From Carcharhinus longimanus (lineage: Eukaryota), in NCBI GenBank assembly GCA_030264375.1, contig JASCQW010000156.1:12262158-12326157 (forward strand): 64,000 bases of DNA, in the 5' to 3' direction. The notes beneath the pieces are model-generated. The model was not told the DNA's origin. It made no database searches and saw only the letters and a program-made list of their open reading frames with translations. Of the stretch, positions 12,731-26,280 are shown piece by piece; within the stretch, counting starts at the first letter, position 1, and each line of letters opens with the position of its first letter. The position numbers and the translations under genes were made by a program.

Positions 12731-13789
12731 CAATGATTCTCCAACACCATTGCTGAGTTTTGGCATGAGGATTGTCACCATTTTTTATGTCTGAAATTGG
12801 ACAGCGGCAAAGAATAGCTAATGGGAGCATGGCATAAGTTTTGAAATTTGCCTTATCCTGCATAATTTTGTTGAGAACCTAAATAACTAACTTCATTAAT
12901 TAACAACTGCACAAGATATGAGTATGTATGAAGATCCAGCCTGATCAGAATCAGTCTTTTGTGTGTAGTTTACATTTTAGAAAATGTCGTATTACCATTC
13001 ATAAACAAGATCATCAGGGTATTATCAGTAGACAGACACAATCCCCTTTAGTCCTCAGGTGAACACAAACAAGTTGGCCTAATGTCACCAAAGCAGTGTT
13101 ACAATTGACAACAGAGGTTGCCTTCTCTCCCCTTTTCCTCCTCTTCTGGTGGCAACAAGACAGGGCTTTAATGTAAAACAGGAAACAGTTCCATTAGCAA
13201 TGTCAGTGTGTCAGGAAACTGATACATTGTGATATAAAAATTTATTTGCCCATCATTTTAAGTAATGATAAAAAGTGATAATGCAGACTATTATTTTAAG
13301 ATAAGAATTAGAATCCTACAGCAGAATCCATGTGTTTTTTTTTATTTCTGTGTATAGATCAGACCTCCCTTAAGGCCACTTATATATTAGAGATATAAGA
13401 AAGTACAAGCTATCCCAAAGACTAATCCGCAAACTACTTCAGATTAAACTCTGACTAAAGGACAAAAGGGGTAAGAGAATTTAAGACTGATGTCAGCAAG
13501 TTCTTCTTCACACAAAGAGTGGGTGAAGGATTTTGCACATAACACTCATCAATCTGAGATCTTATTCCCATTGTGGGGATTTGCTGGATGGAAGATTGCA
13601 GGCCAGCAAATGCAAAGACATGAAATCTGAAGCCTGCCCCTGAAAAGATCTTTGGATGGAGTTGCAGGAGCACACCCACTTGATTCATGTGAGTAAGTTA
13701 AATGCTATGATGTGGGTCTTTTCTCTGTTTGAATGAGCTAAATTGACTTAACTGAAATTCCCTCATTTATATTTATTTTCTGACCTGCA

Positions 13790-14100
13790 CAAGGGAACAG
13801 TTGGGACAGATAGCCATAAACTATTTCCACTAGTTGAGGAGACTAACTTGGGGCAGAGTCTAAAGATTGGAGCCAGAGCTTCCAGGAATGAAATTAGGAA
13901 AGGTGTAGACATTTGGAACTCTTTTCTGTGGCAATTGATGTTAGATCAATTGTAAATTTTAAATCTGAAATTAATAGATTTTTGTTATTCAGAAATATTG
14001 AGGAAAATGGGCAAAGCCAGGTAAACAGAATTAAATCACAGATCAGCCATGATTTCATTGAACAGTGAGTGAAACAGGTTTTATGGCTACTTGGCTTACT
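13790..14100 (+). mobile_element. CR1 LINE 3' end
   Basis: aaactatttccactagttgagg...cagatcagccatgatttcattgaa tail. Confidence 0.6.
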
Positions 14101-14394
14101 GTGTTATCCTTTCCCCCAGCCCTCACTGCATGCCATTCATGCCAGTGTCCCTAGCTATCCTCTGACGTAATTGCAGTGTCAAGGTCTGGGCTGATGGCTG
14201 TGAGTGTGAGGATGAATGATAATCTTTATCACTTCCACTGCTTCCTCTTCCACCATTGCCTGGCCACATTGCAGTTCCTGGGTATCTGAAAGGAAGGAGA
14301 AAAGCAAGAGGTGCAAGCTTACACCATCTGCAGCTAGTAAATCAGAAGATACCGTAGGATGAAGGGGAAGTGAGAGGGAAGATTAATTACAATG

Positions 14395-14860
14395 TTAGAA
14401 ACATAGAAATAGAAGTAGGCGTAGGCCATTTGCCCTCTGAGCCTGCACCACCATTCATTATATCATGGTGATCATCCAACTCAGTAATCTGCTCCAGCTT
14501 TCCCCTTATATTCTTTGATCCCTTTAGCCCCAAGAGCTCTACCTAACTCCTTTCTGAAAACAAACAGGCCAGAATGTTACAGCCATTCACGCCAGCAAGG
14601 TTTTCCCATCTGACTGCAGTGAATGGAGATTTGGCTGAGCACCAAACTCTCCAACTTTGCTGCAGCAGGAGTGTGGCATGAACAGCCGGTAAGAACACAT
14701 CCAGAATGTTTTGACCTCAGCTACTTTCTGTGGTACAGGCTTACCACAGGCTTATCACTCTCTGGGTGAAGAAATTTCTCCTTAACTAAATCGTAAATGA
14801 TTAATCCCACATCCTTAGACTGTGACCCCTGGTTTTGGATTCCCTGCCATTAGGAACATT
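14395..14860 (-). mobile_element. CR1 LINE 3' end interrupted by a MITE (14567-14702)
   Basis: tagaaacatagaaatagaagtaggcgtaggccatttgccc reverse tail; host resumes gaatgttttgacctc after the insert. Confidence 0.7.
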
Positions 14861-15081
14861 GGCTATCACGGTTTCACCATCAGCTAATTTGTGACTGCTC
14901 CAATGATGGCATGTACCATCATCTCCATGGGGTTAAGGATATGTAGTCATGCCTGCCTTCTGCTGGTGAGGTGCTTTTTTAAAAAATTCATTCGTGGGAT
15001 GTGGATGTCGCTGACTAGGCCAGCATATACTGCACTTGAGGAGGTGGTGGTAAACTGCCTTCTTGAACTGTTGAGTCCATA

Positions 15082-15410
15082 GTGGCACAGTGGTTAGCAC
15101 TGCTGCCTCACAGCTCCAGGGACCCAGGTTCAATTCCAGCCTTGGGTCACTGTCTGTGTGGAATTTGTACATCGCATCGGCATGGAGTTCCTCCCAAAAC
15201 CCAAAGATGTGCACGTTAGGTAGACTGACTATGCTAAATTGCATCTTAATGTCCCAAGATGTGTAGGTTAGGGGGATTAGCCATGTGAAATATATGGGGT
15301 TACAGGAATAGGATGGGAGAGAGGGCCTGGGTAAGATACTCTGTCAGAGAGTTGGTGCAGACTCAATGGGCCAAATAGCCTGTTCTGCACTGTAGAGATT
15401 CTATGATTCT
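15082..15410 (+). mobile_element. HE1-like (V-SINE) tRNA-derived SINE
   Basis: A box gtggcacagtgg, B box ggttcaattcc, gggtcactgtctgtgtgga core, CR1-type tail ending ttctatgattct. Confidence 0.85.
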
Positions 15411-15699
15411 TTGATTCCCACTTGCTATCTCCTGTTATTCACCTCCTTGTCCTTAAAGAAAGAAAGGGCTTTGTCACTGATTGTGCTGCAATAGCAGAAT
15501 CTTGTGATGATAGACTTGGCCACTGGTTGAAGAGCCAGCACCACCTCTTTTCAAGAAGGCCCAATGCATTTTGTGCCACTCAGATATTTAACAAGCCGGC
15601 GCCTTTTGGCCTGGGTTCAAGGACCCCAGGGCAGAAATCCTGCCTGACAAGAGCTGCCAGCCAGACAGAGCCAGCAGCTGTTCTTTAGTCAGCAGTGCC

Positions 15700-17100
15700 G
15701 CTGGTGAGGTGCTGGTTTCTGCCAATGTTACACAAACCCAAGGCATCATGTCAAGTAGAGTCTCTGATTGTACTAATGAGTGACAGTGGGAGGGTGTCAC
15801 AAAGTTTGGAGGCCGGCAGCAGCATTGAGGTGGGTTTTAACAGGCCTACCCTTTCCCAATTGTGGGTCTCTCAATCAAGCACTGAGCACTTTTGGAAGAT
15901 GGACCTCGCCTTCCCTGGGAGACAGCAGACAAACATGTGAGGGTTTGTTCATCATGCTCCCTGCATAATGAGTCCCCTGCTCAACATTGAGTTAATGCCA
16001 GAAGTTGTGAGGTGAGGCCTTATTGTGGGCATTAATTGTTCATCTAAGAGCCNNNNNNATCGGTGTGGCAGGAAGGCCATCCATAAGTTTTCCTGCCGTG
16101 AACAGCTTAATTAAGGTGGAGACAAGAAAGACAGCATCCTCACCTGTTCAATTATTTCCTTGCCATCAAACTGACCTTGGAGAAGGGCACATGATTCCAC
16201 ACAATGTGCATGGGTGATGTGGCAGTACTGGCTGAACAGCTGGTAGTGTGGGCAATCTGTGAGATGTGGGTGTGAAGCTTACAACAGTGTAAGCACAGAC
16301 AATGCAGTGAAGCCATGAATGTCATGTATGAGTCATGACTGATAGAGATTATTGGTAAGTGAGTGGTAGGGGTGTGATGCATTGAGTTTCGCAGTGCAGT
16401 TGGTGGGATATGGCACCACTTCACTCATATGAGCATTGAACCTTTTGTGGCACTGTATCCAGCGGCGTGACTCTTAGCATTGAATGCCACAGTTACCTGA
16501 TCCTACTGCCTTCACAAAGTTTATCTGGATGTTCTCCTGGCTCCTGTGGGTGGAAGATATATCTTTTCCTGTCCACCTCCTGCACCAAGGCCTCCAGTAT
16601 AACATTGGGTAATCTTGAAGCCTGCTCTTTACTATGTTTTGCCATTCTGTGCTTTTCCCACATCAAAACCACTTTTTGAAAGGCCTCCAGTACCGGCTCC
16701 AGCCAAAATAACTTTAAGAGGTTCAGCCTAGTTTTCAGTCATACAAGCTAACTTGAAATTGTGTTAGCCACAATTCTGCTCATCATTTTGCACTCCCTGC
16801 TGAGTCATAGGGTTATTTAACAGTACATTTAGTGCTGGCTGCACACTACAATGATTGAAATTGGCAGATAGCACAAACTTTGCACACTGCCTGCATCAGA
16901 AGCAATTGACATGGGTTAATGACCATCTTGATCTCTGCACTTCTTTTAAGGGGCAAATGAATTTTGTGGCCAGAGGCTCTGCAGAGAAGTCTGGATGCAC
17001 AGCCTCTGCGAGATTCCTCTTTAGCCTGTACTTTCTATCAGACACCATGTTTTACTGACAGCACGCTGGCGGACAGACTGATAAAAGTCGGAGTCTATCT
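15700..17100 (-). mobile_element. Harbinger-type transposon remnant with decayed Myb/SANT-like gene
   Basis: Minus-strand WIQCHKRFNAHMS near 16425-16465 resembles the QC.K+FN.L motif of Harbinger Myb/SANT proteins; boundaries uncertain. Confidence 0.5.
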
Positions 17101-17653
17101 TCAGACCTTCAGAACACCTCTGTGACATATAATACAATAAAAGATAATCTACAAATTTAAGTGAAGGCTATCTTGGAATGAGAAAACAAGTCCAGATTCT
17201 CAGTTGAAAAGTGATGCTAACATTGATTTTCTCTTGCCTTTCATAGTTTTGTGTTGAAAGATTTGAACTCAGGATGGAACAGCCACACCTCAGAGCAGTG
17301 TAACCATTGAACTGATTCCCATGACGAAAAATTGACCTTCACAGCCTGACCAAAGCCAAGGTTAAGCCCAAATATGATCCCTTTATGCTGGCATGTATCT
17401 ACGTTCCTTGGTGTTGGGCCCGATTCAGAGGTTATCACAAGAAGATACTGGTGTTGTCATGTTTCTAGATAAGCTCAACATAGAGACGGTTACCTTAGTC
17501 TAAAAGTGAGTTGTTAAAAAATAGATGAATTTTAGAAACCACATTAACGGAAAATCAATTGAAATCTGTCAAGTTAATATGTAGCTGACAGCTTGCCCCA
17601 GTAGCTTATTAGTAAATCCACTGCCTGGTGGTACTGAGCCAAACAAATTGTAG

Positions 17654-17962
17654 ACAGCATGGTGGCACAGTGTTTAGCACTGCTGCCTCTCGGTGCCAGG
17701 GACCTGGGTTCAATTCCTGTCTTGGGTCACTGCCTGTGTGGAGTTTGCATATTCTCCCTGTGTCTGCATGGGTTTCCTCCGGGTGCTCTGGTTTCCTCCC
17801 ACAGTCCAAGAACGTGCAAGTTAAATTGCACCTTAGTGTCAGCAGGACTAACTAGGGTAAACGCAAGGGGTTGTGGGGATAGGGTTTGGGTGGGATTGTG
17901 GTCAGTGCAGACTTGATGGGCCAAATGGCCTCCTCCTGCACCATAGAGATTCTATGATTCCA
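17654..17962 (+). mobile_element. HE1-like SINE, near full length
   Basis: A/B boxes, gggtttcctccgggtgctctggtttcctcccacagtcc core, gatgggccaaatggcctcct..gattctatgattc tail. Confidence 0.9.
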
Positions 17963-18394
17963 TGAAAACCCAGGTCTGATCTTCAGTTTCTGCTTAGTTA
18001 GCTATCTCAGTTAAGCTGGCTCCTGGTGAAGAGGAAAAATTATCTGGGATTCCTACTCCTGATCACTATCCAACAGCACCTCCACATCATGCAGAAATTA
18101 AGCAAGGAGAAGATTAAACTCAACCTAACAACGATTCTGTACCTCAACCAACTATTCTTCATTACAGCCAAGACAGTCTATCGTGGACTATTTTATTATA
18201 GAGGGAATCATAGCAAAGCTTGATGCTGTATTCACCCTCGAGAAGCACCTTTCAGCAGCAATCGCTGGATAAGGATCAGGAGCTGGAAGGCCATTGTTTC
18301 AACAATCCAGAAATGCTCGTCAGTTGTGAAAACATCATGTTTTCCTATCTGAGAATAGGGGGAAAGGAAGGGGAAAGAGGCACTGGAACGTGGC

Positions 18395-18600
18395 CAATTT
18401 GTGCACAGCAACCTCACACAATAGGCAATGAGATAAGTGACCAGATAATCTCTTCTTTGTGATGTTGGTTAAGGGATAAATATTAGTCCAAACAGTGGGG
18501 AGAATTCCTCTACTCTTTCTTTAATAATATTGTGGGACCTTTAACATCTATCTGAGAGGGCAGATGGAGCCTAGTTTCAGTGTTTCATCTGAAAGATATC
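18395..18600 (-). mobile_element. DeuSINE/SacSINE1-like remnant
   Basis: ccaatttgtgcacagcaa..gtgatgttggttaagggataaatatt..gagagggcagatggagcc is the reverse of the 61180 element. Confidence 0.55.
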
Positions 18601-20489
18601 AATGCAGCTTCTTAAAACAGCAAACAGAATTTCACATAAATCTTTTATAAAATGTGTTACCAGAAGCATCTAGACCCCTCAGTTGTTCTTTCTTTCAATG
18701 ACCTTGATTGTGTAATGAACTGCAACTTAATCCCAGGTTCTCCATATCTTAAGCATTTTCCAAGTTCCATCTGCATAGGTAATTTGTTTCAGCTGCTGCT
18801 TAGAAGCATACATTCAAATACATAGACACACAGGGAGGCATGTTTAACCCTTCAACATGTTTGCCTGATTGCACCCCTTCTGATTCTTTATGGGGTATGT
18901 TTCCACAGCTGCTTTCAGAATATCAAGAGGTATTATTCACCGGTGGGCCTGATCAGAAAGTGTCAGTAGAATACTCANNNNNNNNNNNNNNNNNNNNNNN
19001 NNNNNNNNNNNNNNNNNNNNNNNNNNNNNNNNNNNNNNNNNNNNNNNNNNNNNNNNNNNNNNNNNNNNNNNNNNNNNGTCAGTAGAATACTCAGTGATGA
19101 GGGATGAGGGCTAAAGGATGAGGATGGGGTATTAAACAAGCCTCAACTTCAGTATCCATAATCACATTGTTTACATGATATTGATCAGGAGAATGGATCT
19201 TGGCTGTTTTTTTGTCTCCCAATCCAGGGACCAATTGGAAAAATCCAATTGACTAAGATCGGTGACATTAACATAGGCCAGAAACTTAGTTTGTCTATGT
19301 GACTTAGTCCTATATCGAGTGGTCTGTTTATTAATTGAAACATGGAGGGAAGTCCAAAGCTTGCTCTGTTGTGCTTTCCTCCAGTGCATTGCACAATGAA
19401 TATGCAATGAGCCCAACAAGACAGTAAAATATTCAGCCTCCAGACTCTGTATCCTCCTCAGTTGTGGGACAAACTGCAGTTCATGGAATCCATGTTGTTT
19501 ATCTTTGCTTATCTGTCTTCGAATATTTTTAACCACCCACGTTGACTGAAGGACTGATAGTGCTGGCCAAGCAGTTATCAGTGGATGAGCTTTGATGGGG
19601 GCCATCAGTTTATTGAGTTGCTGTCCTTGTGTAACAAGAACTATGAAGCAGGCAGGTGTTAGACCTTTGTGACATATGAAGAACAAGATATGTGATCGAT
19701 ATAACAGGTATTTAAGGTTCACAAAACCAGCACAAAGCTGCTAACAGATGAAGTAACAGCGTGGAAAGGTGCCAGAGACATTAGCACCAAGCAACCCCAG
19801 TCTTATTTAACTCTAACTCCTTCTACTAAAATAATAGAATCTTACAGCACGGAAGGCGGCCATTCAGCCCATTATGTTTGCTGACTGTTGAAAGAGCAAT
19901 TCAATTAGTCTCACTTGTCCTTATTTCCCATAGCCTGGCATAATTTTTCTTTTTCAAGTAAATATCCAAATCCTTTTCAAAAGCTACTGTTAAATATATT
20001 TCCATCATAATTTCAGGCAGCACATTCCAGATCATAACAACTTGCTGCATCCATAAAAATTCCCTTCATCTGTCTCCCCCTCCACCCAACCCCGCACACT
20101 CACGGGTATCATAATTTGTGTCTCCTGTAATGTTGGAATTTTCAATTATATTTCCTTTACCTTGTCCAATAGTGAGGAAAAACTTTTTCCTTTTTTCCTT
20201 AACTGTCTTTTCTTAGAAGGGTTGAAGCAAATTGAAGCACTTTAGCCACTGTCCCAGCTCAGCTCAACATAAGTCAGCAATTGAAGCCAGAGGTTATTGC
20301 TGCAAGTGGAACAGTTACAAAACCGGGTGACAGTCATTAACAAAATGGTGCATTCTATTAGTGAGAAACTGCTTTGGTACAGGGATTGATGGTCTGCTGG
20401 GACCATATTTGACTGATTTGGTAGGGGAAGGCTGGCATTGAATTTGAGATGTGGTCAACTTGGAAAGATGAAAACAAGAATTAGGAAGT

Positions 20490-21125
20490 GAATCACAGAA
20501 CTGTTACAGCACAGAAGAAAGCCATTTGGCCCATCATTTCTGCACTGGCTCTCCAAACAAGTTTCATGATTCAGTGCCATTCCCCTGTCTTTTCCCCATA
20601 CCCCTGACATTGTTTCTATTCAAGTGATTATCTAATGCCGTCTTGAAAGCCTCAATTAAACCTGCCACCACCACAATTAGAGGCAATGCATTCCAGACCG
20701 AACCATTCGTTTTGTGAACAGGTTTTTTGCACATCACATTTGCTTCTTTTGCAAGTCATATTAAATCTGGAGGGCCCACCTCATTCTTGATCCTTTTATG
20801 AGGGGAACAGTTTCTCTCTACTCTAACCAGCCCCCTCATGATTTTGAACATCTCTATCAAATCTCCTCTTAGCCTTGTCTCCAAGGAGAACAATCCCAAC
20901 CACTCCGATCTATCCTTATAACTGCACTTTCTCATCCAAGGAACCATTCTTGTAAGCCTCTTTGCACTCTGTCCAATGAGTTCACATCCTTCATATAGTG
21001 TGATGCTCAGGACTGTACACAATATTCCAGGTGAGGTCTAACTAGTATATCATGTAAGTTAAGCATAATCCTCTTGTTCTTGTACTCCATGTCTCTATTA
21101 ATAAAGCTTAAAATGCTATATGCTG
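20490..21125 (-). mobile_element. CR1 LINE 3' end (RT C-terminus)
   Basis: ORF 20756-21022: KRLTRMVP..SYKDR..LGLFSLE.RLRGDLIEMFKIMRG. Confidence 0.9.
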
Positions 21126-22334
21126 ACATATAGTGCTAACATGTCTGGGCCAACGGCTGAGCCAGGAATCACAGCACTGCCAGTAAATTAGGAGTCCAGA
21201 GATGAGTGACAGAGGTTTCTAGAGCAGAAGGAAGCTGGTCCTTCAAAGTCACATTAGATAACCTCCACGAAATTGATCCCCCCATCCCNNNNNNNNNNNN
21301 NNNNNNNNNNNNNNNNNNNNNNNNNNNNNNNNNNNNNNNNNNNNNNNNNNNNNNNNNNNNNNNNNNNNNNNNNNNNNNNNNNNNNNNNCTTCACTAATCA
21401 CTTTTATTTTGATACTTATGAGACAAACCTTGCAAGCACAAAATTTTTCTGAAATATTTGAAGTGTTTCTAATCAACATAAATAAGAAATATTTTAATGT
21501 GACATGTTAAACAACAATTCAGATTGAAAAGTTCAAAATTCTTCCAGGTCTTTGATTTCTTTGTAAGTATTAAATTTAACGAGAGTATCCGAGTACATCT
21601 TTGAGACAATAGTTTTCACAATGGTGGTGGACGTGAGACCGGTAGCCTAGTGGCTATGGTACTGGACTGGCAAACCAAGACATCACAAGTTCACCTCCCA
21701 CCGTGAAAGGTTATGAAATTAAAATTCTCTTAAACAGTAGTGGAAAGGTGTAAATAATAAATCAAATTGAGCCTATAGCACGCTTGACACATGTTTCAAT
21801 GTATTTTCATACATACATTAATGCTGGACTGGACATCATAGAGATCCAGATTGCGAATGATATAATCCATCACAGTTTCATCCAGTGACTCTGGCCCAAG
21901 GTGAGAGGGAGAAAGTGTTTTCCGCACACGCAGTTTGAATTGACGGAAAGCCGTTTTGGCTGCTTGAAATGCCTCCTATGTTCAACGGGAGAAAAAATCA
22001 GGTAAGACTAACCCCGTACCTTTTGATATATCCTAAGCTGTTCCACTTTTGGGATATTTGCCTTAATGGGTTTTTGTTGCACTGATTTATGCTCACACTT
22101 TATTCTGGTCTGTTTGCCACTAAGTTAGGTGCTGGAATTTTAGCGCCTTGCCTATCCAAGGCCAACTGAGAATGATATTCTGCGAGCCTGGAATTGGGGC
22201 AGATGTGCCGGTAAAATTCCATCTCCAGAAGAAATGCAGGAGAAATAGCCCATGTTTCATTTAAGCAGTGAAAACAATCTTCATACCATGGCCCAAAATA
22301 ACAAAATAAATAATTTTATGGGAATTTTACTGTC

Positions 22335-22650
22335 TATATGGTGTGGTACTGAATAACTGAGACCAAGAAACTCAATGATTAATTCCTGGTTTGTGATGAG
22401 TTAACTAATCGGAACTAGTTTGGCACTAGGGGCCTGATAATTAGTCTCCCTATCCCTTGGCCAGGATTCCTGCTCCTGACTGTTATCCACTGTTGGAAGT
22501 TTGTATGCTGCAAGTGGCATAGAACAGTATTGAGCTTGNNNNNNNNNNCTCACTGCTTAAACTGACACAGGGAGGATGGCTACTAGGGTGAAGTACAGGA
22601 AGGCTACCACCACCCATCAAGCCTTATGTAGAGAGTTGCCACTACCACTG
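22335..22650 (+). mobile_element. LF-SINE-like remnant
   Basis: ccaggattcctgctcctgactgttatcca and ctcactgcttaaactgacacagggaggatggctact..gtacaggaaggct motifs. Confidence 0.5.
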
Positions 22651-23054
22651 GAGGATAATATTTCAGTTCATTGTATGAATATAACCCTTTTACTTCAACA
22701 GCTGTTTGCCTTTTATTGAAAGACTGTGGAACAATTTAATGTTACGAAAGACATTCCTCAGCAACCGCAGTGCCTCTGCAAGCAGGAGATCTGAATTAAC
22801 CAATTTCACAGATGCTTGCACTAGAAGATACAATATTTTTTCCTCTGCCCCCTGACCCCATCCATCAATGTTTTAAAATGCCATCTTGGAATTAACATTT
22901 AGTCTGCATCAGCTCTGAAAGCATTAGATTTGTGTAACCAAAAGCATATTTAAACTAAATTAAGATCACTAAAGTCAGCATCAGGTGAGGTCCCATAAAA
23001 CAATGAGCCAGCTTTAGTGAATCTAAGCCCCAACATTCCCATAAAGCTAACATA

Positions 23055-23184
23055 AACAGCTAAAACTTTTTCCGCCCTGCCCGTCACAGGAATTGGAGCA
23101 GCCGAGGGGCGGAGCATGGGAAGGTCCATTGGCCTCAGGCGGGATTTTATGTTTTTCAGACGAGCTAGGTCATAAAATACCACC
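23055..23184. mobile_element. Short MITE (Harbinger-like termini)
   Basis: GC-rich ~130 bp ending cataaaataccaccc; internal ggtccattggcctcaggcgggatttt is the reverse of the motif in the 51174 and 60877 copies. Confidence 0.55.
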
Positions 23185-24574
23185 CATTGCCTTACACTGA
23201 AAGATCACATGAATCTGTTATAGTGCATTAAGCACAAATCATTGAAATGCATTTCAGATAAAGATAAAATAAGAATTGTAGCAAAGACCTGGGGAGTGAT
23301 ATTTATTTTTGACTTCAATGGAAAAGAAAGTCAGACTGGATATAAAATCGGTTGATGATTCGCTGATGCCTGTTTTGTGCTCCATTGAAGACCTACGTCA
23401 CCTCTCATCAATGTTCGAAAGGGGAAGGGGGCACATTGTGTTGTGACAAGCCCATAGTTGTAGGGATGTTGGATTAGGAGTGTCTGAGAATGGCCTACGT
23501 CACATAATACCTTTTCGTTTTGTAATTCGACGCCAATAACTCCCTGGTTGTTACTGAACCTACATCACCATAGCTGATGGCTGATCCTCTCCTAGCTTGT
23601 TTGGTGATATATATATTCCTGTGTGCATGACCAAACCTTTCACCGCCATGATGCTCTGAAACTTTTTTGTCCTCTTTCTCCTGACATGTTGCATTCATTT
23701 GAAGGTGCTTAACCTCAAAGTATCATCCTTAGACAGAATTCATTTAATCACACCCTCTCTCTCAAATTTGCAACATTTTCACTTCCATTTTAATTGCAAT
23801 TTTATTTTCATTTAATAAAATATGCTTTACTTGTGCAAGAGAGGGGTTTTGAGTCAGAGAATGATTCTCAAATGTGCAGCAGACATTAATAATACAGGTG
23901 GTATAATTGACTGCTGGGCTAGTTGATTATTAATAGAATTTTCAAAGAATAATTGTTGAATGTTTCCTGAAAATTTCACCCAAGGTTAAAGCATTCATTG
24001 GATTGCATAGGTCTTTATCACTAGCTTTGTTTGTTGTCCTCGTGTTAACCTTTTGAGGTGTAGAACCGCATTTCATGAGAGCTTTTCAATTTCTGAGACT
24101 GAATAGCCACTTAATGAGACGGTGTTATTACAATAAGGTACCCTGCAGGAATCAGTTGAAAACAATTTGTTCAAATAGCAGTGTCTCGTGAGTCAGGAGC
24201 AGGGAGGAGCACAACTTTTAAGAATGAGAAACATCGTTAACACCAAACAAGCCAACCTCACAGTACAACCATCCATTTCTCTGGAAACAAGTTCTTTCTC
24301 TGGAGTACTTTCTCAAAATAAGCTAAACCCATATAATGGAAAAACCCTACATGCAAAGCAACTTGTTCCCTTCATTAAATCAAACCCTATAGACAAACAC
24401 AATTACAGTCTAAATGCATCAGAACAAGTCAATTTCTAACCTACAGGAAGTTATTATTTAACAAAGAGGATTTAAATGACCCATTTGACCTCTATAGAAT
24501 TAGGCCTACTGTATGTCAACAGCACAAAGTTACATAAACACTACTGAAGTCTTCCAAGAGAGCTCAATTGATTA

Positions 24575-24800
24575 GTGTACTGCCCAGTATGCTATCGAAC
24601 TAATCCAGCCAGGAAGATCCAGGGTTTATAAGCTGTGATTAGTTAGCTGATTTCTGTCATGGGTACAGTCGGAAAACTACAGTTGACCTCAGTATCTCTG
24701 AACTATTCAGTGGAAAAATTAACTAGGATTCCCACTTTGAACACTGGATGTTTGGTAAGGACATGATTTGCTCAGCAGTCGATTAACTAACACTATTGAT
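24575..24800 (+). mobile_element. LF-SINE-like remnant
   Basis: cagccaggaagatccagggtt..agttagctgatttc..ctacagttgacctcagt. Confidence 0.5.
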
Positions 24801-24897
24801 GTGTTAAACCTTCCCAGCACTGCATGGTTTAGGCCTCCTTGACGGAAGCTGAGTTAGATATCATTAGTTTTGAAGAGTCATGCCGACTCAAAATGTT

Positions 24898-26140
24898 GAG
24901 CAGAATTCTCCGTTTTTGAGACTGAGTGCAGTGGTGGGTAGCTCCAGCTTCAGCTTTCCCACTATCCAGAATGATGGGATCCCACGCCAGATTCTGTGCT
25001 TGGAACCTCATTAATTATGCACAGGAGAGCTCTCCTCTGAGTCATTTGGCAGCGCAGCAGCTGATTCATCTGTCCACTGTCAGCTGGTGAGTTTGAAGGA
25101 ACTGGCACCATATTTTAATACGAGTTCAGCACTCTGCCCAGCATGCCTGTCTTCAGCAGACTATGCAGAATGTTAGAATCCCAAAGGATAAAGGCTAAAA
25201 GCTTCAACAGGAATGTTGTTCCTCAATTTAGCCACTCTCCCCGTTGAGCTCATCACCTACAAAACGACCATGCCCTACTTGGATTCTACCTACCGCATCT
25301 GGAGTCTTCTTGCATCCTCTTCTGGTTAATGATCTGGTCTCCCTTTGAGTGCCTTGTTCATAAGCTTTCCATGCAGCCTTGTCAGGGTCAGTCTCCCTCC
25401 CCTTGGTCTCTCCTCTGTCTTCCATTGTTTATCTTCCTCATCCATCCTCTTGCCCTCTGCCTACCATCATGAGCTCACGTCCTTCCCCTACCCTTGCACA
25501 GCCCTCTTTTCACACTGCACCCACTGTCTTTGTCAGGCAACCATCTCCCTCCCTCACTCCCCACCCACCGTCTGTCACCCTCACTCCTCACCTCACACTC
25601 CACCCCCAGTTGAAGTTCAGACTGTTTTTGCAATGGCCACATGATCCTGCAGTACAGGCCAGATAGATACTGGTATGTGACACTAGAGAGGAGGCGGCCT
25701 CTATACTCCCCAATCCTAGGCACAATACTGATCTGAGATGGTGACACAGGTAGGTCCATGGATCCAACACTTCAGTGCTGTCCATGAAGACCAGTGCAGC
25801 ATGGATATGGAGGCAGGAATCGGTCTGCCCCTGCAGAGTGCTGAACAGCACATGAGGAGTAACACATCATTATGGCAGAAAGGCTTTGTTACACTCACCT
25901 CCAAAGTCTTTTGTGAACTGAGGCATGCCACTCCCTAGCAATTAGGTTTTAATCCAAAGTAATCTCATACTGGCGTGACACAGGATTAGAAAGTCTGACG
26001 AAATACTGGCAGACAGCTGTTTTAATGAGCATTCATAAGATGCAAATGGCATGAATGCCACAGGCAGAGGGAAGACCAACCTTCCATTAATCCATCTATG
26101 CCGATGGGTTTCTGACTTTTTGGCTTCTGCTAGATTCCCC
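24898..26140. mobile_element. Harbinger transposon remnant (decayed transposase on minus strand)
   Basis: gagcagaattctcc terminus; minus-strand PLPVA..FAS and LLMCCSAL weakly resemble HARBI1-type transposase motifs. Confidence 0.45.
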
Positions 26141-26174
26141 ACTCCCACTTTCCACCAAACCCAGGTGGAATGGG

Positions 26175-26280
26175 AGAATTCTTTTTCCCTCTCCACAGAT
26201 GCTGCCAGACTTGATGAGTCTTTTCAGCATTTTCTGTTTTTATTTCAGATTTCCAACAGTATTTTGTTGTTATTTTAGTG
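26175..26280 (-). mobile_element. Penelope-like short element remnant
   Basis: ctctccacagatgctgccagacttgatgagtcttttcagcattttctgtttttatttcagatttcca; same family as 45430 and 46370. Confidence 0.55.

Noticed and set aside
15082-15150. tRNA gene
   Set aside because: A/B boxes run straight into the V-SINE core with no cloverleaf; the same holds for the other copies.
18962-19093. 16-bp direct repeat gtcagtagaatactca on both sides of a gap
   Set aside because: Sits exactly at contig ends, so it is most likely an unmerged overlap.
19171-19722. 183-aa minus-strand ORF
   Set aside because: No recognisable domain or splice context; likely chance.
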